Shown piece after piece: positions 29,901 through 39,151 of a stretch of 64,000 bases of DNA; within the stretch, counting starts at the first letter, position 1, and each line of letters starts with the position of its first letter. The notes under the pieces were generated by a model. The model had not been told where the DNA came from and searched no databases. It worked only from the letters and a program-made list of their open reading frames with translations. A program made the translations under genes and the position numbers. The stretch covers positions 2,177 to 66,176 of the forward strand of contig JBJSXJ010000233.1 in the NCBI GenBank assembly GCA_046086325.1. Direction: 5' to 3'. Source of the DNA: Planctomycetota bacterium. GTDB taxonomy: Bacteria; Planctomycetota; Planctomycetia; Pirellulales; Pirellulaceae.

Positions 29901-32900
29901 GTGTCATCCGAGGACCTGTTTATGCCCCCTGTTTCACAACGTCGTTTGCGTCGCCGATTTATCATGGAATTCCTGGAAGAGCGAACTCTGATGACAGCGG
30001 CACCGCATGAGCTGCGGGTGCGGCCGGAGTGGTTTGGAGTGGTGAATGGTGCCGAGTCGGCGACACGGATGGAGGCGGTACAGCCGGCAAGCGGTGAGTT
30101 CTGGAATGTGCAGTTGGACTACGCTCGCACCAACCAGCTCGCCCAAGTTGCGGACGTGGAACCGCTGCTAGGGAACGCTCCTTTTCGCTATTCGCTTGTG
30201 CGAGGACTGGGGGAAGTGGGGCAAATCCAACTGCGTACCTGGGCGGATCCGGCTCAGGTACGGGACTGGCTATCGACGAACGATGTCGTGCAATCGTTCA
30301 GTTCGGATTCCGTGGTGAGTGTGGAGCGCGCGCCCAACGACAGTTTGTATTCAACCTATCTGTGGGGCCTGGAAAACACCGGACAGTTCAGCGGCACGGT
30401 GGATGCTGACATTGATGCGGAAGCGGCCAGGGATCGCACGACAGGCAGTAGCAATACGGTCGTCGCGGTCATCGACACGGGAATTGATTACACGCATCCC
30501 GATCTGGCACCCAACATGTGGGTGAATCCGGGGGAGGTCGCGGGGGACGGAATCGATAACGACGGCAATGGCTTTGTTGATGACATTTACGGCTACGACT
30601 TCTTCAATAACGATGGCAATCCGCTGGATGACCAGTACCATGGCACTCACGTCGCCGGCACGATCGGAGCCCGTGGCAATAACTCCATCGGCGTGGTCGG
30701 CGTGAATTGGGACGTCAAGCTCATGGCGCTCAAGTTCCTCAATTCCTCTGGACAAGGTTACGTTTCTGATTCGGTCTTAGCGACCAACTATGCCACGATG
30801 ATGAACGAACGTGGCACCAATGTGCGCGTGATCAACGCCAGCTATGGTGGCGGTGGATATGATGCCTCGGTGGCATCATCGATCGCTCGTTTTGGCGATG
30901 CGGGTGGACTTTTTGTTGCCGCCGCCGGCAATGCCGGTTCGAATAATGACTCGGCGCCGTTCTATCCCGCGGCCTATGGGTTGCCCAATATGGTCGCCGT
31001 CGCCGCCTCCACGCGTACGGAAACCTTGGCCAGCTTTTCGAACTATGGAGCAACCACGGTTGATCTCGCGGCACCCGGCCTCGAGATCGCCAGCACGTAT
31101 CCCGGCAATCAATATGCTTACCTAAGTGGCACGTCGATGGCATCGCCCCACGTAGCGGGTGCGGCTGCACTAGCCTTTTCGGAATTCCCCGATGCCACCT
31201 ACGGCGAGATTCGTCAAGCGCTGCGCTCCGGGGTTGATCTGAAGTCCGCCTACAGCGGCAAAACGATTACTGGCGGTCGGCTGAACGTAAACGGCACGCT
31301 CAACTACCTCGCCGCCAACGCCCCCTCCACACCGTCGATTTATCTGCACGCCGCTCAAACTTATGAATCGCTCGATCTCACCCCCGGCAGCAGCGGCGTC
31401 ACAACACTACTCAATAGCAGTTCGGGCACTACTACTGCCGCAGTTAATCTCGACACCAACACATTTCGCTTTTATGGCACGAACTACACTGGCGCCACGT
31501 CGTTATACGTCTCTGAAAACGGTTTGATCACGTTTGGATCAGCGAATAGTTCCGGTTCCAACAATAACTTGGTGAGTTCACCCACTCAGCCGACGATTGC
31601 ACCATTCTGGGACGATTTAGTGTTAGGTTCCACGAATGGTGGAGCGGTTCTCGCGAAACTGGAAGATACGAACGCGGATGGCACCGCCGATCGTTTGATT
31701 GTGGAGTGGAGTAACGTCACGGGCACCAACGTCTCTTCGACCATCGGCACATTCCAAGCGATACTCGAATTGAATACGGGCAATAGCGACGGCCGTATTA
31801 CGTTCAACTATCCCGATCTAGACTTTGGTCTCACAGCCATGAATCGTGGTACGAGTGCCACGATTGGAGTTTCCAACGGATCGGCGTCGGGAGCTCGTGA
31901 ACTCATCTCGTTCAACAATGGCACCCATGCCCTCATCAACTCCGGCACAGCCATTCAGCTTGATCGCACACGACCGGTCGCGCAGCTCGCCGCAATCACA
32001 CCGAACTCGCGCATCCTGCCGCTCTCAACCGCCACGCTAACGTTCAGCGAACCGATTCAGGAATCAACGTTCACGACGAGTGATCTGGCGTTGAGCCTCA
32101 ACGGCTCGCCCATCGCCCTCAGTAATGATGTCGCCATTAGTTCCCTCGGGAATAATCAGTATCAAATCTCTGGCCTGACGATCAGCACCAGTTACAGTGG
32201 CACCTTCAGTCTGTCCGTGAAAAACTTCGCCGTTCGCGATGCTCTCGGGCACTATGGTGATGGAACGAGCAGCGTGACTTGGAATCAAGTTTTACCTGCC
32301 GCACCAGTGAAGCTCCTGTCGGTCACGTCGACCGATGGGACAACGTTGTCTGTGACGTACGAGATGCTGGCCGCTCACTCCAGCGCGTTCTCATTCACGG
32401 CACTGCTCTCCGCCGACACAGTGCCCGACGTCGGCGATACCTCCTTGGCCACCGTCCTCGTCCAAGCCGCCGCCGACTTAACATTAGGAACGCATACGAT
32501 CACCTACCCGATTGGAACTGGGACCGGAAAGATTCCATTACCAGGTCTCGGTACTGCCGAATCGTCCGCCGATTATGGCATCCTGTTGACGGCTGACAGC
32601 AGCTACGCACTGGGCGTTGACCCACCCTCCAATGCCGCTGATCTCACACTCAGCTTTGTCGGCACCTACAATCCCGGCGCAGGTGTGATCTACGTCCACG
32701 GCAGCCCGTCAGCCGACACGATTACGATCGACAGCGCACTGAACATTTCCGTTGGCTCGAGCAATTACAGCTACTCCCCGACTGGCATCACGCAAATTCG
32801 AGTTCGTGGGCGGGAGGGCAATGACACGATCAATGCGTCGACGGCGACGCTACCGGTTTTTGTATTGGGTGGAGCGGGCAACGACACAATTACCGGCAGT

Positions 32901-35900
32901 ACCGTGGCTGATTTTTTGGACGGTGGTGCCGGAGATAATGTGCTCAACGGCGGCGATGGCAATGACATGCTCATCAGCTCCCTGGGCAACGACGCACTCA
33001 ACGGTGGCAACGGCAATGACACCTACTGGTTCGATCACGACAGTGCACTCGGCAGCGACTCCATCACTGATTCTGCAGGCATCGACGTAGTAGATCTTTC
33101 GTCTACGACCACAACCGGAGTGACTCTGGATCTATCGCTCACTGCGGCTCAAACGACTAGCGCGAATCAAACTTTGACGATCAACGCGGGGACTGTCTTA
33201 AAGAATATCATCGGCACCCCTCTCGCCGATCAACTCACCGGCAACTCCGCCAATAACTTGATCCAGGGCGGCTTGGGAAATGACATCCTCTCCGGTGGCG
33301 CTGGCGCCGATACACTCGATGGTGGTGACGGCAACGATCGCTACGCCTTGGATACCGACGAGGCTCAGGGATTCGACACGATCGTTGATTCCAGCGGCAC
33401 GGATACGCTGGATTTTTCCAGCACCACCACGAAGACAATTGAATGCAGTCTATGGGCTACGTTCACGCAGTTAATCAATTCGAACCTGAGCCTCACGTTG
33501 CCTTCCTCGACAACGATCGAAAACCTGATTGGTGGTCAACTGAACGATACGCTCTGGGGAAATGGTCTACAAAACGTGATCGATGGCCAAGCCGGGAATG
33601 ACACGCTGCGCTCATCGCGCGGTGGCGATACGCTGACAGGAGGTGCGGGGGACGATACTTATCTGTTGAGCTGGGATGTGGCTATTGATGGTGTTTCCGG
33701 TAGCCAGGGTGCGGTCACCATTACCGATACCAGTGGCACGGACACACTCGATTTCTCCGGCGCGACGACGTTAGCCGTAACCGTGAATCTGGCTACTACC
33801 ACGTCGCAAACCGTGAACTCCAATCTGTCACTGATTCTGTCCGCGGGGGATGCCATCGAGAATGTCTATGGCACACCAAGCAACGATTTCCTCACCGGTA
33901 ATACGCTCGACAATCTGCTGAAAGGTGGAGCGGGAAATGACACCTATCGCTTTAATGCTGGTGTCGCACAGGGAAGCGATACGATCGACGAATCGGGCGG
34001 AGGCACTGATACGCTGGACTTCACCACCACCACCGCGGTGCCTGTCACCGCGAATCTCGGTCTGACAACGTCACAAGTAGTTCACTCCAATCTGTCACTC
34101 ACCCTCACCAGCGCCACTTCCATTGAAAATCTGATCGGTGGTTCACTCGGCGACAATCTCACGGGCAACTCGCTGGCGAACGTCATCAACGGTGGTGCTG
34201 GCGACGATGTGCTGGTCGGCGGCGCCGGCAACGATTTGCTCGTTGGAGGAACGGGCAACGATCGCTATACCTTCAGCACCGATACGGCTCTGGGTACCGA
34301 TACTCTGGACGAATCGAGCGGCGGCGTCGATACACTCGACTTTTTAAACTCCACCACCCTAGCTGCCACCGTGAACCTGGGGCTCGCGACCACGCAAGTC
34401 ATCAACTCGAATCTGTCGCTGATCCTTGGTTCTGCGACCACGTTCGAATCCGTTTGGGGAAGCCCGCTCAACGACACCATCATTGGGAATGCCAATGCCA
34501 ATATGATTTTTGGTAATGGCGGCAATGACATACTGTCCGGTTTGGGCGGAAACGATACGCTCAACGGCGGCGACGGTGACGATACCTATCTCTTCAACAC
34601 CAACACGGCGCTCGGGACCGATACGCTGTCGGACTCCAGTGGAGTTGACCTGCTGGATTTTTCAGCCTCCACCACCCTAGGTGCGACGGTCAATCTCGGT
34701 CTTACAACCGTTCAGGTAGTCAATACAGGACTATCGTTGGTGCTGAATTCGGCCAGTGCTTTTGAAAATGTGTATGGCACGGCGCTGAATGATGTCTTCG
34801 TGAGCAACAGCGCCAACAACTTGTTCCGTGGTGGAGCGGGAAATGACAGCTATCGCTTCAATACGAATACGGCATCTGGCACCGACACTCTGGAAGAATC
34901 CGGCAGCGGAGTCGATACCGTCGACTTCTCGAGCACCACAGCGGCGGCCGTCACCGTCGATCTAAGTGTCAACGGCGCCCAAACGGTCAATTCCAATCTG
35001 GTACTCATCTTGGGAACCGGCACAAATTTCGAGAACCTGCTCGGCGGTGCACTCAACGACACACTCACCGGAAATGCCAACGCCAATTCCATCAGTGGCA
35101 ACGCGGGGAATGACACCATTGTCGGCAGCGGCGGCAACGATACGCTCATCGGCGGCGCCGGTAATGACCTCTATCCCTTCACGGCGGATGCGGCACTCGG
35201 CACCGATACCATTGACGAATCGGGCGGTGGTACCGACACGCTCAATTTCTCCTCCACGACAACGCTGGCGGTGACCGTGAATGCAGGGCTAGCAACCATC
35301 CAAACGGTGAACTCCAACCTCTCTCTCATTCTCGGCTCGGCATCCACCATCGAGAATTTGACTGGCACCGCGCTGAATGACACGTTGCTGGGGAACTCAC
35401 TGGCGAACACAATCCTGGCAGGCGATGGCGACGATACGCTCGCCGGTCTTGGTGGAGCCGATGCGCTCAACGGTGGCAATGGCAATGACACTTACAGCTT
35501 CGTGGCCAACAGTGCGCTAGGTACCGACACTCTGACCGATCCGTCTGGCACCGATCTGCTCGACTTCTCCGGTTCCACCACCCTGGGCGTTACGGTCAAT
35601 CTTGCCATCACGACCACTCAGGTAGTGAACAGCAATCTATCTCTCGTCCTCACTTCTGCGACAGCGTTCGAAAACATCATAGGCACTGGCCTGAACGACA
35701 CCTTCACCGGCAATAGCCTGAATAATCTACTGGTCGGTGGTGCCGGAAATGACAGCTATCGCTTCAACGCTAACACGGCACTCGGCACCGACACGATTGA
35801 CGAATCAGGCGGTGGAATCGACACGCTTGATTTCACGACAACTACGACAGTCGCCGTGTCCGTGAATCTGAATCTCGATACGGTGCAAACGGTTCATACG

Positions 35901-37655
35901 AATCTGGCATTGATCCTCGGTTCCGGTGCGAACTTTGAAAACCTGCTCGGTGGCTCGCTGGCCGACACCCTTATCGGCAACGCCAATAACAACACCATCA
36001 CCGGCAACGCTGGCAATGACACGATCACCGGTGGTGATGGTAACGACACGCTCATCGGCAGTGCCGGCAACGACACGTATCTATTCGACGCTGATTCCGC
36101 TCTTGGCAGTGACACGATCAATGAAGCGGGTGGCGGCATCGATCTGCTTAACTTCTCCTCCACTACCACCCTTCCCGTGACAGTCGATCTGGGATCCACT
36201 GCTGTTCAAGTCGTGAACTCGAATCTGTCGTTGAGCCTAACTGCCACCAATACGGTCGAAAGCGTAACCGGCACTCCACTGGCTGATACCCTCTACGGCA
36301 ATTCCCTCGTGAACACCATTCTCGGCGGCGATGGCAATGACACGCTGGCTGGTTTCGGTGGCAACGATACGCTGAACGGCGGCGCTGGTAATGACACGTA
36401 CCTCTTCAACACCTCGACCGCTTTAGGAACGGATACGCTCGCGGATTCGGCTGGAGTCGACTCACTCGACTTTTCCGCCTCCAGCACGTTAGGCGTGACG
36501 GTCAACCTCGGCGCTACCACCAGTCAAGTCGTAAACTCGAACCTGTCGTTGGTTCTGGGTTCCGCCACAGCCTTCGAGAATCTCATCGGCACCGCGTTCA
36601 ATGACACCATCACGGGAAATGCGGTGAGCAACGTGCTGCGCGGAGGAGCCGGGAATGACAGTTATCGTTTCAATACCAATACGGCCCAAGGAAGTGACAC
36701 AATCGACGAGTCGGATGGCGGCTATGACACACTCGACTTTACCACCACCACGCTGGTCGCGGTAAACGTGAATCTGGGCTTAAGCGGAACACAAACCGTA
36801 AACGCTAATTTGTCGCTGAACCTCGGTTCCGCAACCAGCTTTGAACGACTCATCGGTGGATCACTCAATGACACCCTTACCGGTAATGCCAACAACAATC
36901 AAATCGAAGGCAACGCGGGAAATGACACGATTTCAGGCGGCGCCGGTGACGATATCCTGATTGGCAATGCTGGCAATGACACGCTGAGCGGGAACGATGG
37001 CAACGACATTTATCAGTTCAAAGCTGATACCCTACTCGGGACCGACACGCTCAATGAAGCCTCCGGTGGCGGAATCGATCTCCTCGACTTTGGTGCATCC
37101 ACCACCGCCCTCGCCGTAAATCTCGCAGCTACCACCCTGCAAACGCTCAATGCGAACTTGATGATCATGCTGTCGAGCGGTTCCACGTTTGAAATGCTGG
37201 TCGGTTCCAGTGGCAGTGATACGCTCACCGGGAACGCCGCGAACAACGTGATCTTCGGTGGCGCCGGCAACGATACGATCAATGGGCTCGATGGAGCTGA
37301 TCTGCTCGTCGGCGGAAGCGGTGCTGATACGATCAACGGTGGCAATGGCGATGATCTCGTCATCGGCAGTTTGCTGACCTACCACAACGAATCCACTCGA
37401 CTACTCGATCTGGCGTCTGTGCTGGCCGTGCAAGCCGAGTGGCAACGGAGCGACATCGGTTATCTGGATCGAATCACCAATCTGGTAAACGGTGGCGGCA
37501 CCAACGGCAGCGTCACCGTCAACAGTTCCACAGCCACCGATGATTCCGCCGTCGATACCCTATTCGGAAACGCGGATCTCGATTGGTTCTGGATCTATGG
37601 CAGCGATTCCGTGGCAGATCTCCATCTCGGCGGCACCGAAGTCAACAACGCGTAG
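29901..37655 (+). CDS. giant secreted protein: S8 subtilase + NIDO-like + Ig-like + RTX/hemolysin-type Ca-binding repeat array
   Basis: Single 2584-codon ORF. The S8 triad motifs are VAVIDTGIDYTHPDL, HGTHVAGTIG and SGTSMASPHVAGAAAL. There are dozens of GGxGxD nonapeptide motifs (GGAGNDTL, GGDGNDT...). The start may instead be the ATG at 29922 (MPPVSQRRLRRRFIMEFLEERTLMTA). Confidence 0.85.
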   Translation: MSSEDLFMPPVSQRRLRRRFIMEFLEERTLMTAAPHELRVRPEWFGVVNGAESATRMEAVQPASGEFWNVQLDYARTNQLAQVADVEPLLGNAPFRYSLVRGLGEVGQIQLRTWADPAQVRDWLSTNDVVQSFSSDSVVSVERAPNDSLYSTYLWGLENTGQFSGTVDADIDAEAARDRTTGSSNTVVAVIDTGIDYTHPDLAPNMWVNPGEVAGDGIDNDGNGFVDDIYGYDFFNNDGNPLDDQYHGTHVAGTIGARGNNSIGVVGVNWDVKLMALKFLNSSGQGYVSDSVLATNYATMMNERGTNVRVINASYGGGGYDASVASSIARFGDAGGLFVAAAGNAGSNNDSAPFYPAAYGLPNMVAVAASTRTETLASFSNYGATTVDLAAPGLEIASTYPGNQYAYLSGTSMASPHVAGAAALAFSEFPDATYGEIRQALRSGVDLKSAYSGKTITGGRLNVNGTLNYLAANAPSTPSIYLHAAQTYESLDLTPGSSGVTTLLNSSSGTTTAAVNLDTNTFRFYGTNYTGATSLYVSENGLITFGSANSSGSNNNLVSSPTQPTIAPFWDDLVLGSTNGGAVLAKLEDTNADGTADRLIVEWSNVTGTNVSSTIGTFQAILELNTGNSDGRITFNYPDLDFGLTAMNRGTSATIGVSNGSASGARELISFNNGTHALINSGTAIQLDRTRPVAQLAAITPNSRILPLSTATLTFSEPIQESTFTTSDLALSLNGSPIALSNDVAISSLGNNQYQISGLTISTSYSGTFSLSVKNFAVRDALGHYGDGTSSVTWNQVLPAAPVKLLSVTSTDGTTLSVTYEMLAAHSSAFSFTALLSADTVPDVGDTSLATVLVQAAADLTLGTHTITYPIGTGTGKIPLPGLGTAESSADYGILLTADSSYALGVDPPSNAADLTLSFVGTYNPGAGVIYVHGSPSADTITIDSALNISVGSSNYSYSPTGITQIRVRGREGNDTINASTATLPVFVLGGAGNDTITGSTVADFLDGGAGDNVLNGGDGNDMLISSLGNDALNGGNGNDTYWFDHDSALGSDSITDSAGIDVVDLSSTTTTGVTLDLSLTAAQTTSANQTLTINAGTVLKNIIGTPLADQLTGNSANNLIQGGLGNDILSGGAGADTLDGGDGNDRYALDTDEAQGFDTIVDSSGTDTLDFSSTTTKTIECSLWATFTQLINSNLSLTLPSSTTIENLIGGQLNDTLWGNGLQNVIDGQAGNDTLRSSRGGDTLTGGAGDDTYLLSWDVAIDGVSGSQGAVTITDTSGTDTLDFSGATTLAVTVNLATTTSQTVNSNLSLILSAGDAIENVYGTPSNDFLTGNTLDNLLKGGAGNDTYRFNAGVAQGSDTIDESGGGTDTLDFTTTTAVPVTANLGLTTSQVVHSNLSLTLTSATSIENLIGGSLGDNLTGNSLANVINGGAGDDVLVGGAGNDLLVGGTGNDRYTFSTDTALGTDTLDESSGGVDTLDFLNSTTLAATVNLGLATTQVINSNLSLILGSATTFESVWGSPLNDTIIGNANANMIFGNGGNDILSGLGGNDTLNGGDGDDTYLFNTNTALGTDTLSDSSGVDLLDFSASTTLGATVNLGLTTVQVVNTGLSLVLNSASAFENVYGTALNDVFVSNSANNLFRGGAGNDSYRFNTNTASGTDTLEESGSGVDTVDFSSTTAAAVTVDLSVNGAQTVNSNLVLILGTGTNFENLLGGALNDTLTGNANANSISGNAGNDTIVGSGGNDTLIGGAGNDLYPFTADAALGTDTIDESGGGTDTLNFSSTTTLAVTVNAGLATIQTVNSNLSLILGSASTIENLTGTALNDTLLGNSLANTILAGDGDDTLAGLGGADALNGGNGNDTYSFVANSALGTDTLTDPSGTDLLDFSGSTTLGVTVNLAITTTQVVNSNLSLVLTSATAFENIIGTGLNDTFTGNSLNNLLVGGAGNDSYRFNANTALGTDTIDESGGGIDTLDFTTTTTVAVSVNLNLDTVQTVHTNLALILGSGANFENLLGGSLADTLIGNANNNTITGNAGNDTITGGDGNDTLIGSAGNDTYLFDADSALGSDTINEAGGGIDLLNFSSTTTLPVTVDLGSTAVQVVNSNLSLSLTATNTVESVTGTPLADTLYGNSLVNTILGGDGNDTLAGFGGNDTLNGGAGNDTYLFNTSTALGTDTLADSAGVDSLDFSASSTLGVTVNLGATTSQVVNSNLSLVLGSATAFENLIGTAFNDTITGNAVSNVLRGGAGNDSYRFNTNTAQGSDTIDESDGGYDTLDFTTTTLVAVNVNLGLSGTQTVNANLSLNLGSATSFERLIGGSLNDTLTGNANNNQIEGNAGNDTISGGAGDDILIGNAGNDTLSGNDGNDIYQFKADTLLGTDTLNEASGGGIDLLDFGASTTALAVNLAATTLQTLNANLMIMLSSGSTFEMLVGSSGSDTLTGNAANNVIFGGAGNDTINGLDGADLLVGGSGADTINGGNGDDLVIGSLLTYHNESTRLLDLASVLAVQAEWQRSDIGYLDRITNLVNGGGTNGSVTVNSSTATDDSAVDTLFGNADLDWFWIYGSDSVADLHLGGTEVNNA
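32830..37350 (+). repeat. tandem coding repeat array (units of about 100 aa with RTX motifs; exact 906-bp higher-order period)
   Basis: The marker tatcgcttYa (from GNDxYRFN) occurs at 33945, 34851, 35757 and 36663, so the spacing is 906, 906 and 906 bp. Each 302-aa super-unit contains three related sub-units. Confidence 0.85.
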
Positions 37656-37925
37656 CGCACGGAGCCACGGTTGGATTGCGCACGGAGACACAGGCAGATT
37701 GCGCACGGAGAACACAGGCAGATTGCGCACGGAGAACACGGGTAGGTTTCGCACGGAGACACAGAGACTCGGAGGAATTACCCATTCAACATTCATAGGA
37801 AGTAGGCTGATTTGGAACAACGCCCTGCCTCCTTGCAAAATCCTCTCCGTGCCTCAGTGTCTCCGTGCGAAACACCCTCCGTGCCTCCGTGTCTCCGTGC
37901 GAAACACCCTCCGTGCCTCCGTGCG
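37656..37925. repeat. dyad-symmetric intergenic repeat array (CGCACGGAG / CTCCGTGCG motifs)
   Basis: gcacggag occurs at 37657, 37680, 37703, 37727 and 37751 (period 23-24 bp). Its complement ctccgtgc occurs at 37845, 37861, 37877, 37893, 37909 and 37917. A perfect 16-bp inverted repeat, tttcgcacggagacac (37747-37762), matches gtgtctccgtgcgaaa (37857-37872 and again at 37889-37904). Confidence 0.9.
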
Positions 37926-37950
37926 AAACACTCCCCGCGTGCGACGAATA

Positions 37951-39126
37951 TCACTTATTGCCGGGGATAACCTTGCGAGGTTCATAGCTATGCGGGCGCT
38001 TACGAAGCACGCTAGCGCGGACGATACGATCCGATTCTTCGGGTGCCTGAGTCGTCTGGCGCCGATGCAATTTCGTCAACACTTCTTGGCCCTCGAGGAT
38101 TCGACCGAAGACCGTGTGTTTTGTATCGAGCTGAAATGCGGGGGCGAGGGTGAAAAAGAACTGCGAGCCACCGGTATTCGGCCCGGCATCTTGTGCCAGA
38201 CTTAGATAACCCGCGAAATGATGACGAGCATCCTCGCGTTCCGCTTCACTGTAGATGCGATAACCAGGTCCTCCCGTGCCGTCACCTTTAGGACAGCCAC
38301 CTTGCGCGAGTAGTCCGCCGACCACGCGATGGAAGGTCAGCCCATCATAAAACTTGTTCTCCACCAGATGAATAAAGTTGGCGACGGTCTGAGGCGCTTC
38401 ATTTTCGAATAGTTCCACCACCATTTCGCCTTTACTCGTCGTCAAACGCACACGCGGCAAGTCGTCCGCCTTTCGCTCCAGCTCTCGGCGCTGCTGCTCC
38501 TCCTCCCACTCCTCGCGAATCTCCGGTAATTCAGCCAGCAGCATCTTTTGTGCGGCATCGAGCGAGTTGGCAGCGGCGGCTTGCTGCAGATAACGCTCAG
38601 CGGTAACGAAATCATTTAGGCCGTAAGCCGCAGCCGCAGCTTTGCCCGGCAGCGTCTTGTCCGGACATTCACGCTCGATTAACAGTCGAGCGATTTCCAG
38701 CGCCTGAGCATACTGGTCTGCTTTGAGATCGTTCGCGAGTAAGCCGAGCAGCGTGCGGACCACTTCCTTCTGTTCATTACCCAGTCGGCGATACTCGGCG
38801 ATCGACGAGGAGCGCAGTCGCGACAGAGCTCGCGGGGCACTGGCTACCAGTTCCAGATAAGCCTTACGCAGCGGCTCGCGCTGCTCCGCCGGTACCTCCC
38901 GGAACTGCGCGATCATGTCGCTGAGTCGCTTCTCCAGCGCATCCCATTCCGCTTTGACTTTCGTGAACTCCTCGACCGGCAGCGGTTCGGCTACCGATAC
39001 CGACCGCTCTTCGCCCTCGGCCCGGCGGCTGAGCTCAGCGCTACTCAACAAGCCACTGACACTCGCCGTCATCCATAACAGGCAAGCGTACCACAGGCCG
39101 TCACGAGTCTGGGAATTGTTACCCAT
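37951..39126 (-). CDS. cyclophilin-type peptidyl-prolyl cis-trans isomerase with N-terminal helical (TPR-like) domain
   Basis: C-terminal FHRVVGGLLAQGGCP.GDGTGGPGY...LSLAQDAGPNTGGSQFFFT...LD.KHTVFGR is the cyclophilin core. There is an N-terminal signal-anchor. Confidence 0.8.
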   Translation of the reverse strand: MGNNSQTRDGLWYACLLWMTASVSGLLSSAELSRRAEGEERSVSVAEPLPVEEFTKVKAEWDALEKRLSDMIAQFREVPAEQREPLRKAYLELVASAPRALSRLRSSSIAEYRRLGNEQKEVVRTLLGLLANDLKADQYAQALEIARLLIERECPDKTLPGKAAAAAYGLNDFVTAERYLQQAAAANSLDAAQKMLLAELPEIREEWEEEQQRRELERKADDLPRVRLTTSKGEMVVELFENEAPQTVANFIHLVENKFYDGLTFHRVVGGLLAQGGCPKGDGTGGPGYRIYSEAEREDARHHFAGYLSLAQDAGPNTGGSQFFFTLAPAFQLDTKHTVFGRILEGQEVLTKLHRRQTTQAPEESDRIVRASVLRKRPHSYEPRKVIPGNK

Positions 39127-39151
39127 CGCCGGTCCTAGTACGAGCTCGCAA

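Noticed and set aside
30351-37385. Numerous 60-134-aa antisense or off-frame ORFs inside the giant gene.
   Set aside because: They are artefacts of repetitive, GC-rich, stop-poor DNA. The 2584-codon forward frame carries all recognisable motifs.
37656-37950. Possible CRISPR array, given the many short repeats.
   Set aside because: The repeat cores are only 8-23 bp and are directly abutting or separated by a near-constant filler rather than unique 30-40-bp spacers. Half the copies are inverted, and no cas genes are nearby.
37492-38205. The 237-aa plus-strand ORF, together with 37560..37838 (minus) and 37583..37798 (plus), reading through the repeat array.
   Set aside because: They overlap the well-supported end of the giant gene and the PPIase gene. 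Their translation is just repeat-derived low complexity (TGRLRTENTGRLRTEN). They are most likely spurious.
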